Shown piece by piece: positions 1-8,713 of a DNA stretch of 62,351 nt (the stretch's first letter is position 1; every line of letters begins with the position of its first letter). Source of the stretch: Chitinophagales bacterium (GTDB lineage: Bacteria > Bacteroidota > Bacteroidia > Chitinophagales > BACL12); the NCBI GenBank assembly GCA_046160675.1, contig JBJXHH010000004.1, positions 1 to 62,351 of the forward strand. The letters are read 5' to 3'. A program made the translations under genes and the position numbers. The notes beneath the pieces are model-generated. The model worked only from the letters and a program-made list of their open reading frames with translations. It had not been told where the DNA came from and made no database searches.

Positions 1-2553
1 AAGCTCTTTTTGTTTTTTTCATTTTCCGCATTTTCGCAAACTACCTGGACAGTACCGGGTACTTACTCAACAATTGCTGCGGCCGTTACTGCAATAAATT
101 CAGGGGGTGTTCCAGCGGGAGGGTTGACAATAAATGTGAGTGCAGGGCATACTGAAACATCAGTTAACATTTCACTGAACACAACTACGTCATCCGCCGT
201 AAATCCAATACTTATTCAAAAATCCGGCGGCGGAGCAAATCCTTTGATTCAATCTTCGTCAGCAGGCAGCGGATCATCAATAAGCAACGATTGTTTTTTT
301 AAAATCTTTAAAACAGATTATGTTACTATTGATGGAATTGACCTTCTTGAAAATTATACAGGAACTACAACTACTCCTGCTATAGAGTTCGGGTATTTTA
401 TCACCAAACAAAACAATGATGCCTGTAATTATATCACCATCAGAAATTGCAATATTTCACTTTCACTGAATGCATCAAATACAATTGGCATTTACCAGTC
501 TTGTATTCACGGAACAACAGGCGCTGCTGTTAGCGTAAACAATGTAGGGGGGCAATGTAATTACAATTCATACTATGCAAACACCATCGAGAACGCTTAC
601 TATGGCATTTCACTCAATGGTTTTAATGCAACTACTTACCCGGACCTGAACTGCAGCATTGGTGTTGGCGGCGGAAATACTGTTACTGATTTTGGCATTT
701 CATCTTTTACTACACCCATCAGAGCTTACTGGCAAAGACATATTACTATTGCGAACAACACGGTGAGCGGGGGCTTAGGAAGTTCTTCCACCATTTACGG
801 AATTTCAATTACAGGTGCCAATAACAGTAATGCCGATGTGTATAATAATACTGTTACATTATTAAACAGTGGATATACAAAAGGCATATATCTCACCAGC
901 GGGTCATTGACAGGAGGCGCAACAAATACAATAAATATTTATAACAACACGATAACAGGATGCGTAAACGGCGCCCTGTCTGCAGAGTTCGGGGGAATTA
1001 TTCATGAAACAACCGCAACAACTGCTAACATCTATGGAAACACGATTTCGAATAATGCAAGCGGTCAGTTACTGTATTGCATCAGTTCCGCAGCATCAAG
1101 CAACAACCTGAATATTTATAATAATGTAGTTTCTGATTGTACAGCTACAGATAATTTTTTTGGAGTAAGCAGGGCATATTATACTTCTCTTGCTTTTGAT
1201 GGAAACATGAATTTTTATAATAACGAAACGTATAATATCACTTCCTATAATTCAACATTTGAACTCTGTCTATTCACCGGTTCTTTCGGAACTACAGGTG
1301 TGCAAAATTTTTATAATAATCGTTTTTACAATATCACTCAAAATTCATCATACGGCAGCGGCGTTTATTTTATAGGAATGACCTTGCCCTATGGGGAGGA
1401 TGTATATTGTTATAACAATATGATCTCGGGTTTTACTATTGGTGCAGGATCTACCTGTGAGTCTGTTTATGGAATAAGATCGTTTAACAATTATTCTTTG
1501 GGTAATAATTATATTGCTTACAATACAGTTGCTCTCAATGTTACAGGAAATTCTCCAAATTTTACCTCTTCTGCGCTTTATATCAACTCAACTAATACAA
1601 GAGTTATTAATAATATTTTCAGCAACAAAAGCAATCACCTCGGCACAGGAAAAACCTGCGCAATTGAAAAGTCATCCTCCATGACTTTAAGCGAGTATGA
1701 AAGCATAAACAATAACAATTGTTTGTATGCAGGAACAGGCTCAGCAAATTATTTATTTTTTGATGGAACAACGGGGTACTCTACCCTTGCAGCATTCCAA
1801 TCCTTGGTATCGCCGGCTGATGCAAACTCAATCAGTATTGATCCTTCTGCTTATTTTACTTCAACAAATGATGTTCATATTTCTTTGTGCAGCGGCTGTC
1901 CGCTTGAAAATGCGGGGACGGTTTATGCAGCCGTAAGCACGGATTACGATTATGAAGCCCGAAGTGCATCAGCGCCCGAAATTGGAGCGGATGAAATAGT
2001 ACTCATTCTTCCTGTTGTTTTATCAAACTTTGCCGCTTCATCACTTCAGACCTTTGTTCAATTAAGCTGGGAAACGCAATCTGAAATCAACAATGATCAT
2101 TTTGTGATTGAACGAAGCTCTGATGCAAAAACCTTTACAGAAATCGGCAGTGTACTTGGTGCTGGAAATACTTCATCGGCAACTATTTACACATTTACTG
2201 ATGAAAACCCGGAAGCAGGAATGAATTTCTATCGCCTGCGACAGGTGGATGCAAACGGGCAGTATACATTTTCTAAAATTGAAAATGCCTACATACAGCC
2301 AACCAGCTTATGTATGCTTTTGGAGAATCCGGTACTGGAGCACATACAGATCAGAATTTTCTCACATGAAAACACCCCGGTTCAAATTCTGCTCACAGAC
2401 CTAAATGGCAAAATATATATCAGCGAAATCGCAGGAAAATCGGGCTTTTCGGAGGTTCTGAGCTTCCCTGCACAACACCTTCCAAACGGAGTTTACATCC
2501 TCCAATGTATAATTGGTGAACAGCATACAACCTTCAAGGTTGTTAAACAATAA
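1..2553 (+). CDS. secreted parallel beta-helix repeat protein with T9SS type A C-terminal sorting domain (5' end cut by window edge)
   Basis: Frame is open from nt 1 (KLF precedes the listed TTG at 10). The first residues look like the tail of a signal peptide (FSFSAFSQ). Recurrent beta-helix turn motifs IYNNT/IYGNT/IYNNV/FYNNE/FYNNR/CYNNM. The last ~80 aa (2311-2550) fit the T9SS type A CTD pattern. Confidence 0.8.
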   Translation, partial: KLFLFFSFSAFSQTTWTVPGTYSTIAAAVTAINSGGVPAGGLTINVSAGHTETSVNISLNTTTSSAVNPILIQKSGGGANPLIQSSSAGSGSSISNDCFFKIFKTDYVTIDGIDLLENYTGTTTTPAIEFGYFITKQNNDACNYITIRNCNISLSLNASNTIGIYQSCIHGTTGAAVSVNNVGGQCNYNSYYANTIENAYYGISLNGFNATTYPDLNCSIGVGGGNTVTDFGISSFTTPIRAYWQRHITIANNTVSGGLGSSSTIYGISITGANNSNADVYNNTVTLLNSGYTKGIYLTSGSLTGGATNTINIYNNTITGCVNGALSAEFGGIIHETTATTANIYGNTISNNASGQLLYCISSAASSNNLNIYNNVVSDCTATDNFFGVSRAYYTSLAFDGNMNFYNNETYNITSYNSTFELCLFTGSFGTTGVQNFYNNRFYNITQNSSYGSGVYFIGMTLPYGEDVYCYNNMISGFTIGAGSTCESVYGIRSFNNYSLGNNYIAYNTVALNVTGNSPNFTSSALYINSTNTRVINNIFSNKSNHLGTGKTCAIEKSSSMTLSEYESINNNNCLYAGTGSANYLFFDGTTGYSTLAAFQSLVSPADANSISIDPSAYFTSTNDVHISLCSGCPLENAGTVYAAVSTDYDYEARSASAPEIGADEIVLILPVVLSNFAASSLQTFVQLSWETQSEINNDHFVIERSSDAKTFTEIGSVLGAGNTSSATIYTFTDENPEAGMNFYRLRQVDANGQYTFSKIENAYIQPTSLCMLLENPVLEHIQIRIFSHENTPVQILLTDLNGKIYISEIAGKSGFSEVLSFPAQHLPNGVYILQCIIGEQHTTFKVVKQ

Positions 2554-2584
2554 ACCGGCATTTAGTTTTCCGCTATCAGTTTTT

Positions 2585-2592
2585 TACTTTTG
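2585..2592 (+). promoter_or_regulatory. Bacteroidota -7 promoter box (TAnnTTTG) for the GH13/BNR genes
   Basis: TACTTTTG, 52 nt upstream of ATG 2644. Confidence 0.45.
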
Positions 2593-2643
2593 AACTGCGC
2601 AAAGAATTTCCTGCGTTTCTCAATCAATAATAATAAGCCGGCT

Positions 2644-4479
2644 ATGAAAAAATTATTTTTCTTTTTACCAGTAATATTTTTTTGCTGCAACATCATTTCG
2701 CAAAACATTCAGCAAATGTGCCCGCCGAGTTGGTGGGTTGGCATGAAAAATCCTGAATTACAGATCATGATTTACGGTGAAAACATTTCATCATATGATG
2801 TGAAAACAAATTACCCGGGAGTGACCATCGTTGCTACAACAAAAGTTGAGAATAAAAATTACTTGTTTGTTGACCTTATAATTGAAACATCAACAAAACC
2901 CGGTCAAATTCAGTTTTCCTTTTCTTCCCCCGGCAAAACATACACTCAGTTGTACGAATTAAAACAAAGGGAAAAGCGAACGATAGATTATGGGCTCAAT
3001 TCATCTGATTTTATTTATCTCATTATGCCCGATCGTTTTGCAAACGGCGACCCTGGCAATGACAGCATTGCTGGTATGCAGGAAAAATATTACGGAAGAA
3101 AAAGCCTGACAAGCAGGCACGGCGGTGATTTGCAGGGCATCATCAATAATTTGGATTATCTGAATAAACTTGGGGTAACAGGAGTTTGGTGTACACCACT
3201 GCTTGAAAACGACCAGCCCGAGTGGAGCTATCATGGGTATGCAATGACAGATCATTACAAAATTGACAGGCGCTTTGGTACGAATGAACTTTATAAAAAA
3301 TATGCGCAGGAAAGTCATAAAAGAAACATGAAGGTTGTGATGGACATCGTACCCAACCACTGCGGAAGCAATCACTGGATGATAAAAGATATGCCTATGC
3401 AGAACTGGGTGCATCAATGGGATACATACACAAAAACTAATTACAGAACCCCGACTTTAGTTGATAATTATGCAAGTGAATATGATAAAAATCTGATGCT
3501 GGACGGATGGTTTGACAAACATATGCCCGATTTAAACCATGATAATCCTTTTTTAGCAACATATCTTACCCAGAGTTATATCTGGTGGATTGAATATGCC
3601 CATCTTGATGGTTTCAGAATTGATACATACACATATAATGACTTGCAATATATGATTGATATGCAGAAAAAAGTCTTTTCTGAATATCCTGGCTTCGGGA
3701 TGTTTGCTGAAACCTGGGTGGATGGAATAGCAGTACAATCTTATTTCAAAGGAGATAATAACCTGAATACCGGTTATAATTCCACTGTTCCCGGTCTTAC
3801 GGATTTTGAGTTGCTCTGGAGTATAAACGATATGGTGAACGAGCCCTTTGGTTGGGTTGATGGTGTTGGCAGTATTTACCTGAAATTGAGTCAAGATTAT
3901 GTGTACGGTGATGCTAATAAAAACGTAGTCTTTATTGGCAATCATGACCTGAGCAGGTTTTACTCAGTTTGCGGAGAAAATATTGACAAGATGAAACAGG
4001 CTGTAACATTTATTCTCACAACGAGAGGTATTCCGCAGTGGTATTACGGCGACGAGATACTTATGAAAAATTTCACAAACCCTGACGGGCGGGTGAGAGA
4101 AGACTTTCCGGGTGGATGGCAAGGAGATAAAACAAATAAGTTTGATGAATCCAACTTAGAGGGAAAGGAAAAAGATTTTTTTAATTATGTGAGAACACTT
4201 GCAAACTATCGCAAAATATCAGCACCTATTACACAGGGCAAACTCATGCAATTTGTTCCCTATGATGGAGTATATGTATATTTCAGATATACAGAGAGTG
4301 AATGTGTAATGGTGGTGATAAATTCAAGCAACAAAGAAATGGAGCTATCAACAAAAAATTATGCTGAAAGAACAGATGAATTTGCAAAAGCAAAAAATGT
4401 ATTAACAGGCGCAGTTACTAATTTGACTTCCATAAAAATTCCTGCAATGAGTGCAGAAGTATTTGAACTGCAAAAATAA
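2644..4479 (+). CDS. GH13 alpha-amylase family glycoside hydrolase (cyclomaltodextrinase/neopullulanase-like), secreted
   Basis: GH13 conserved regions DFIYLIMPDRFANGDP, GGDLQGI, DGFRIDTYTY, FAETWV, FIGNHDLSRF. The signal peptide begins at ATG 2644 (MKKLFFFLPVIFF). The listed TTG at 2590 lies inside a TAnnTTTG promoter box. Confidence 0.9.
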   Translation: MKKLFFFLPVIFFCCNIISQNIQQMCPPSWWVGMKNPELQIMIYGENISSYDVKTNYPGVTIVATTKVENKNYLFVDLIIETSTKPGQIQFSFSSPGKTYTQLYELKQREKRTIDYGLNSSDFIYLIMPDRFANGDPGNDSIAGMQEKYYGRKSLTSRHGGDLQGIINNLDYLNKLGVTGVWCTPLLENDQPEWSYHGYAMTDHYKIDRRFGTNELYKKYAQESHKRNMKVVMDIVPNHCGSNHWMIKDMPMQNWVHQWDTYTKTNYRTPTLVDNYASEYDKNLMLDGWFDKHMPDLNHDNPFLATYLTQSYIWWIEYAHLDGFRIDTYTYNDLQYMIDMQKKVFSEYPGFGMFAETWVDGIAVQSYFKGDNNLNTGYNSTVPGLTDFELLWSINDMVNEPFGWVDGVGSIYLKLSQDYVYGDANKNVVFIGNHDLSRFYSVCGENIDKMKQAVTFILTTRGIPQWYYGDEILMKNFTNPDGRVREDFPGGWQGDKTNKFDESNLEGKEKDFFNYVRTLANYRKISAPITQGKLMQFVPYDGVYVYFRYTESECVMVVINSSNKEMELSTKNYAERTDEFAKAKNVLTGAVTNLTSIKIPAMSAEVFELQK

Positions 4480-4490
4480 ATTCTAATTAT

Positions 4491-7400
4491 ATGCACAAAA
4501 AATTTCTTTTTGGTTTTTTTTCGCTGGCATTGTTTTTTTCAATATCAGCCTCTTCTCAAACAAACAAAAAATCATCAGACCAAACTCCTGGGGTTACTTC
4601 TCAGGTACAAGTTCCAAAAGAATTGTATTCAGCGCTTCAATGGCGAAATATAGGTCCCTGGCGCAGCGGTAGAACCTGTGCCGTTACTGGTGTTCCGGGT
4701 AATAACAAAATTTATTACGCCGGCTTTGCAGGCGGCGGAATCTTTAAGACTGAGGACGGTGGGCAAAGTTGGCGACAGGTTTCTGACACTACATTTCATT
4801 CTGCAAGTTGCGGTGCAATCACCGTTGCACAAACTAACCCCAATATTATATATGCAGGCATGGGCGAAGTGGAGATGCGGGGAAACATTTCTTTCGGGGA
4901 TGGTGTATATAAAAGTTTTGATGCCGGAAAAACATGGAAACACATGGGCTTAAAGGAAAGTTATGCGATAGGTGAGATTGCTGTGCATCCTCAAAATGAA
5001 AATATAGTGTATGTAGCAGCAATGGGGAATGTGTGGAAGCCGAACAAAGAAAGAGGATTATATAAATCAATTGACGGGGGAAGTACCTGGAACCTTGTAC
5101 TAAAAGGGATGAATGATTCTATAGGTTGTGTTGATGTAAAGATTGACCCTCTCAATTCGAATACTCTTTATGCAAGCCTATGGAAAGCAGGCAGAACACC
5201 CTACTCTTTGAATGCAGGAGGAAAAGGTTGCGGCTTGTATAAAAGTATAGATGGCGGAAATACCTGGAAGCTCATCTCGGAAAATCCCGGAATGCCAAAA
5301 GGTTTATTGGGAAAAATAAATGTTGCAGTTTCTTATCAGAATCAAGGTCACTTGTGGGCCAGTGTTGAACATGCTGAACACATGGGTATTTATAAATCTG
5401 TAGATGGAGGAGGCACCTGGAGCCACATAAACCCTGACATGAACCTGATGCAGAGACCCTGGTATTTTAATAACATCTACGTTGATCCGAAGAATGACAA
5501 TGAATTGCATTGTATGCAGGTATATTATCTCAGAAGTATTGATGGCGGACATTCTTTTACTATTGCTCATACAGTAACCTGGGATAATCATGTAATGTGG
5601 ATCAATCCGGAAGATCCTGATAATTTTATTATCGGTGGTGACGGCGGACCTACTATTACATTTGACAACGGGGTAAACTGGACAGATATAGATATTCCAA
5701 CCGCACAGTTTTATCATATTAATCTTGACAATGTTTTTCCATATAATGTATATGGCGCACAACAGGATAACACTTCCATTAAAATAAAATCGAGGTCAGG
5801 CAGCGGAACTATAGATGAAACCGATTGGCATTGGGTGGCCGGAGGCGAAGCCGGGTATATTGTACCTGATCCACTAAACAATAAAATTACTTACGGCGGA
5901 GAGTACGATGGAATTTTTTCAACCTTTAATGAAGACAATGATGTGTATCGTATTATTTCCATCAATCCTGAAATACATTATGGCGATGGCGCTATCTCGG
6001 CACAAAAAAGATTTAACTGGACATTTCCTATTGCCTTTTCACCTCATAACCCAAAATGTTTATACGCAACAAGCAATTATGTGCATCGCAGTTTTGATGG
6101 TGGTAATAGTTGGGAAACTATTTCCGGTGACTTAACCCGCAATGATCCAAAAACCTTACAATCAAGTGGTGGCCCTGTTACAAAAGACAATACCGGGGTT
6201 GAGTTCTACGCAACGATTTTTGCATTTGCAGAAAGCCCTGTTGAGCCGGGAATACTCTGGACAGGCAGTGATGATGGGCTGATTCATTTATCAAGAGATA
6301 ATGGAAAAACATGGACGAATGTTACGCCGGCTAATTTACCTGAATGGAGTATGATCAGCTTTGTAGAACCTTCACATTTTGACCCGGCAAGCTGTTATAT
6401 CTCTGCTACAAAATATAAGTTCGGCGACATGCTGCCTTACATTTATAAAACAAATGATTACGGAAAAACATGGACAAAAATTACAAATGGTTTACCTGTA
6501 TATAATCGATGCATAAGAAATGATCCGAATGTGAAGGGCTTATTATATGCAGGATTGGAAACCGGTGTGTATGTTTCATTTGATGATGGCAATGCCTGGC
6601 AAACACTCCAGTTGAACCTACCGGCAACTCCTGTAACAGATATTCAGATACATAAAGGGGAAAGAGATGTTGCCATTGCAACACACGGTAGAAGCTTCTG
6701 GATTTTAGATGACATCACTCCTTTGTATGAATTGGCAGGAACTCCAATTTCAAAAAACGAAAATCATTTATTTCAAATCCATGAAGCGTACAGAACTCCT
6801 GGCGAGCCCTGGACGGGTGAAGTGCCGGATGATCAGAGCGGGCCTAGTGAACCATTAGGTGTGCGGGTGAGATATTATCTTGCTAACACCCTTGCCGACA
6901 CCTCTTCCCAGGAGTTAAAGCTTGTTTTTTATGAAGCAGATGGAGATTCAATTCTCTCTTATTCAAATTTATATGATACTAAACGTTCTCCTTTAAACCC
7001 AAAAAGAAACCAGTTTTATCCTGATACAACAAAGGTTGAGACTGGAAAACTAAATGCGCAAAAAGGGATGCATGAGTTCATCTGGAATATGCGTTATCCC
7101 GATGCAACTGCCGATACCAGTGCAATGTTTGATGGAACTGTTGCAGGGCCATTGGTTGTTCCCGGAAATTATTCGGCTAAACTTTTTATTGGAGCAGCGA
7201 TGGTGGGCGAACAAAAATTTGTTGTGAAAAGTGACACCCGAAACCCTGCAACACAAAAAGAGTTGCAGGCGCAGTTTGAGTTGAGTAATAAGATAAATGC
7301 AAAAGTTACAGAAATAAGTAAAGCAACAAAGCAGATACGAGAGATCCGTTCTCAAATTGAAACTTATCTTGCAATCGAGAGCGATACAACAAAAGCAAAT

Positions 7401-7715
7401 GCATTTAAAAAAGTAAGCGATCCGCTCATTGAGAGTTTAAACACAATTAGCGGTGAATTGTACAATGAAAAAATTGTAACATTTTATGATAACCTGAAAT
7501 TTCCCGTTAAAATTGAAGAAAAGCTTACTTCACTGAATGCATTTTTGCAAACTGCCGATGCGGGCCCAACACAGAGTATGATAGATAAATACAATGACCT
7601 GGCAGGCCGGTCTGATGTACAATTGGCAAAGTTGAAAAAACTGATGGACGAAAGTATTTCAGTGCTTAACAATATTGCCGGAGAGCAGAAAAGTAGTGTG
7701 ATTGAAATAGAATAA
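4491..7715 (+). CDS. BNR/Asp-box repeat, sortilin/VPS10-like beta-propeller protein (secreted), with helical C-terminal region
   Basis: At least 9 Asp-box motifs S/T-x-D-x-G-x-T/S-W (TEDGGQSW, SFDAGKTW, SIDGGSTW, SIDGGNTW, SVDGGGTW, SFDGGNSW, SRDNGKTW, TNDYGKTW, SFDDGNAW). N-terminal signal peptide. Starts 11 nt after the GH13 gene. Confidence 0.8.
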   Translation: MHKKFLFGFFSLALFFSISASSQTNKKSSDQTPGVTSQVQVPKELYSALQWRNIGPWRSGRTCAVTGVPGNNKIYYAGFAGGGIFKTEDGGQSWRQVSDTTFHSASCGAITVAQTNPNIIYAGMGEVEMRGNISFGDGVYKSFDAGKTWKHMGLKESYAIGEIAVHPQNENIVYVAAMGNVWKPNKERGLYKSIDGGSTWNLVLKGMNDSIGCVDVKIDPLNSNTLYASLWKAGRTPYSLNAGGKGCGLYKSIDGGNTWKLISENPGMPKGLLGKINVAVSYQNQGHLWASVEHAEHMGIYKSVDGGGTWSHINPDMNLMQRPWYFNNIYVDPKNDNELHCMQVYYLRSIDGGHSFTIAHTVTWDNHVMWINPEDPDNFIIGGDGGPTITFDNGVNWTDIDIPTAQFYHINLDNVFPYNVYGAQQDNTSIKIKSRSGSGTIDETDWHWVAGGEAGYIVPDPLNNKITYGGEYDGIFSTFNEDNDVYRIISINPEIHYGDGAISAQKRFNWTFPIAFSPHNPKCLYATSNYVHRSFDGGNSWETISGDLTRNDPKTLQSSGGPVTKDNTGVEFYATIFAFAESPVEPGILWTGSDDGLIHLSRDNGKTWTNVTPANLPEWSMISFVEPSHFDPASCYISATKYKFGDMLPYIYKTNDYGKTWTKITNGLPVYNRCIRNDPNVKGLLYAGLETGVYVSFDDGNAWQTLQLNLPATPVTDIQIHKGERDVAIATHGRSFWILDDITPLYELAGTPISKNENHLFQIHEAYRTPGEPWTGEVPDDQSGPSEPLGVRVRYYLANTLADTSSQELKLVFYEADGDSILSYSNLYDTKRSPLNPKRNQFYPDTTKVETGKLNAQKGMHEFIWNMRYPDATADTSAMFDGTVAGPLVVPGNYSAKLFIGAAMVGEQKFVVKSDTRNPATQKELQAQFELSNKINAKVTEISKATKQIREIRSQIETYLAIESDTTKANAFKKVSDPLIESLNTISGELYNEKIVTFYDNLKFPVKIEEKLTSLNAFLQTADAGPTQSMIDKYNDLAGRSDVQLAKLKKLMDESISVLNNIAGEQKSSVIEIE

Positions 7716-7732
7716 AAGTTTCTCTTTATTAT

Positions 7733-8254
7733 ATGCATTTTGAAACTGAGTTGCTCAAAGAGCATTCAAAGGAAAACATGCGAAACATCGCCGGGTGGAT
7801 AGGCGGTGATAAAAAGCGGTTTTCAGAACTCATAGAAATTTTCTTACATGGCGCAAAGAAAACATCTCAAATGGCGGGTTGGGCATTGAGTTACTGTGCA
7901 GAGGCGCATCCGGAACTTATTGTACCGCATATTAAAAAACTACTTAAAAAAACACAGGATACAAAAGCGCACAACTCCGCAAAGCGCCATGTGATAAGGG
8001 TTTTGCAGTATATTAATATTCCGGAAAAAGATGCTGGATTTGCTGCGCAGGTTTGTTTTGATTTTCTTGCAGACAAAAATGAGGAAGTCGCCATCAGGGT
8101 TTTTAGCATGACTGTGCTTTTCAACTTAGTGAAAAGAGAACCTGGCCTGAAGAATGAACTAAAACTTCTGATAGAAGAAAACATAAACCTTGAAAAAGCT
8201 GCATTTAAAAGCCGTGGTAGAAAAATATTAACGGCATTAGAAAAGATGAAATAG
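7733..8254 (+). CDS. hypothetical protein, HEAT/armadillo-like (weak resemblance to DNA alkylation repair AlkD-type repeats)
   Basis: 173-aa ORF, all-helical looking, with no signal peptide. The resemblance is by eye only. Confidence 0.45.
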   Translation: MHFETELLKEHSKENMRNIAGWIGGDKKRFSELIEIFLHGAKKTSQMAGWALSYCAEAHPELIVPHIKKLLKKTQDTKAHNSAKRHVIRVLQYINIPEKDAGFAAQVCFDFLADKNEEVAIRVFSMTVLFNLVKREPGLKNELKLLIEENINLEKAAFKSRGRKILTALEKMK

Positions 8255-8258
8255 TCTT

Positions 8259-8645
8259 TTACCACATAAACCAAACTCTCCGTATCAATCCTCCTTGCAC
8301 TTCATAGATGGCAGTTGCTTCAAAATCATATTCCCTGCCGGTTACATGTTCTTTATCAATCACAAAGTTGCCCTGCACAATTCTTCCTCGCAGCGCCGCA
8401 TAGTTCTCAGGGGCGGTTTTAAACAGTTCTGCATATTCTTTTGTGAGTTGTTCTTTGCCTTTATACATCAACGACTGGTTATTAAAACTGTAAACCTCAA
8501 TGCTGTCATGATATGTTGCAACAAATGCCTTCAGATCCTGGCGGTTATAGGCATCTAACTGTTGCTGAACAATTTTTTCAGGAGGGATTTGTGAAAAAAC
8601 AGAAATTGCAGCAAACACAAAAAATAGAATTAAAGGGTTTTTCAT
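8259..8645 (-). CDS. NTF2/SnoaL-like fold protein with signal peptide
   Basis: Signal peptide MKNPLILFFVFAAISVFSQ. Followed by QQQLDAYNRQDLKAFVATYHDSIEVY ... AIYEVQGGLIRRVWF, typical of nuclear transport factor 2 family proteins. Confidence 0.65.
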   Translation of the reverse strand: MKNPLILFFVFAAISVFSQIPPEKIVQQQLDAYNRQDLKAFVATYHDSIEVYSFNNQSLMYKGKEQLTKEYAELFKTAPENYAALRGRIVQGNFVIDKEHVTGREYDFEATAIYEVQGGLIRRVWFMW

Positions 8646-8662
8646 TTCAGTATTTTATGATT

Positions 8663-8689
8663 AAAAAATGGGCGACAAAATTGTCGCCC
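8663..8689 (-). terminator. Rho-independent terminator downstream of the 974-aa T9SS protein gene
   Basis: Perfect 8-bp stem GGGCGACA/TGTCGCCC (8670-8677 / 8682-8689) with a 4-nt loop, followed on the minus strand by a T6 run (plus-strand A6 at 8663-8668). Confidence 0.8.
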
Positions 8690-8713
8690 TTCAACTATAT
8701 ACTTTTTAAACTT

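Noticed and set aside
2590-2643. A TTG-initiated 18-aa N-terminal extension of the GH13 ORF.
   Set aside because: The TTG lies inside the TAnnTTTG box (2585-2592). A normal signal peptide starts at ATG 2644.
5304-5762. A long antisense ORF (152 aa) inside the BNR protein gene. Similar cases occur at 3001-3417, 3553-3945, 14965-15381, 37719-38111, 45250-45615, 46062-46424 and 48699-49112.
   Set aside because: All lie within strongly supported genes on the other strand and show no recognisable motifs, signal peptides or promoter boxes. They are expected by chance in an AT-rich genome.
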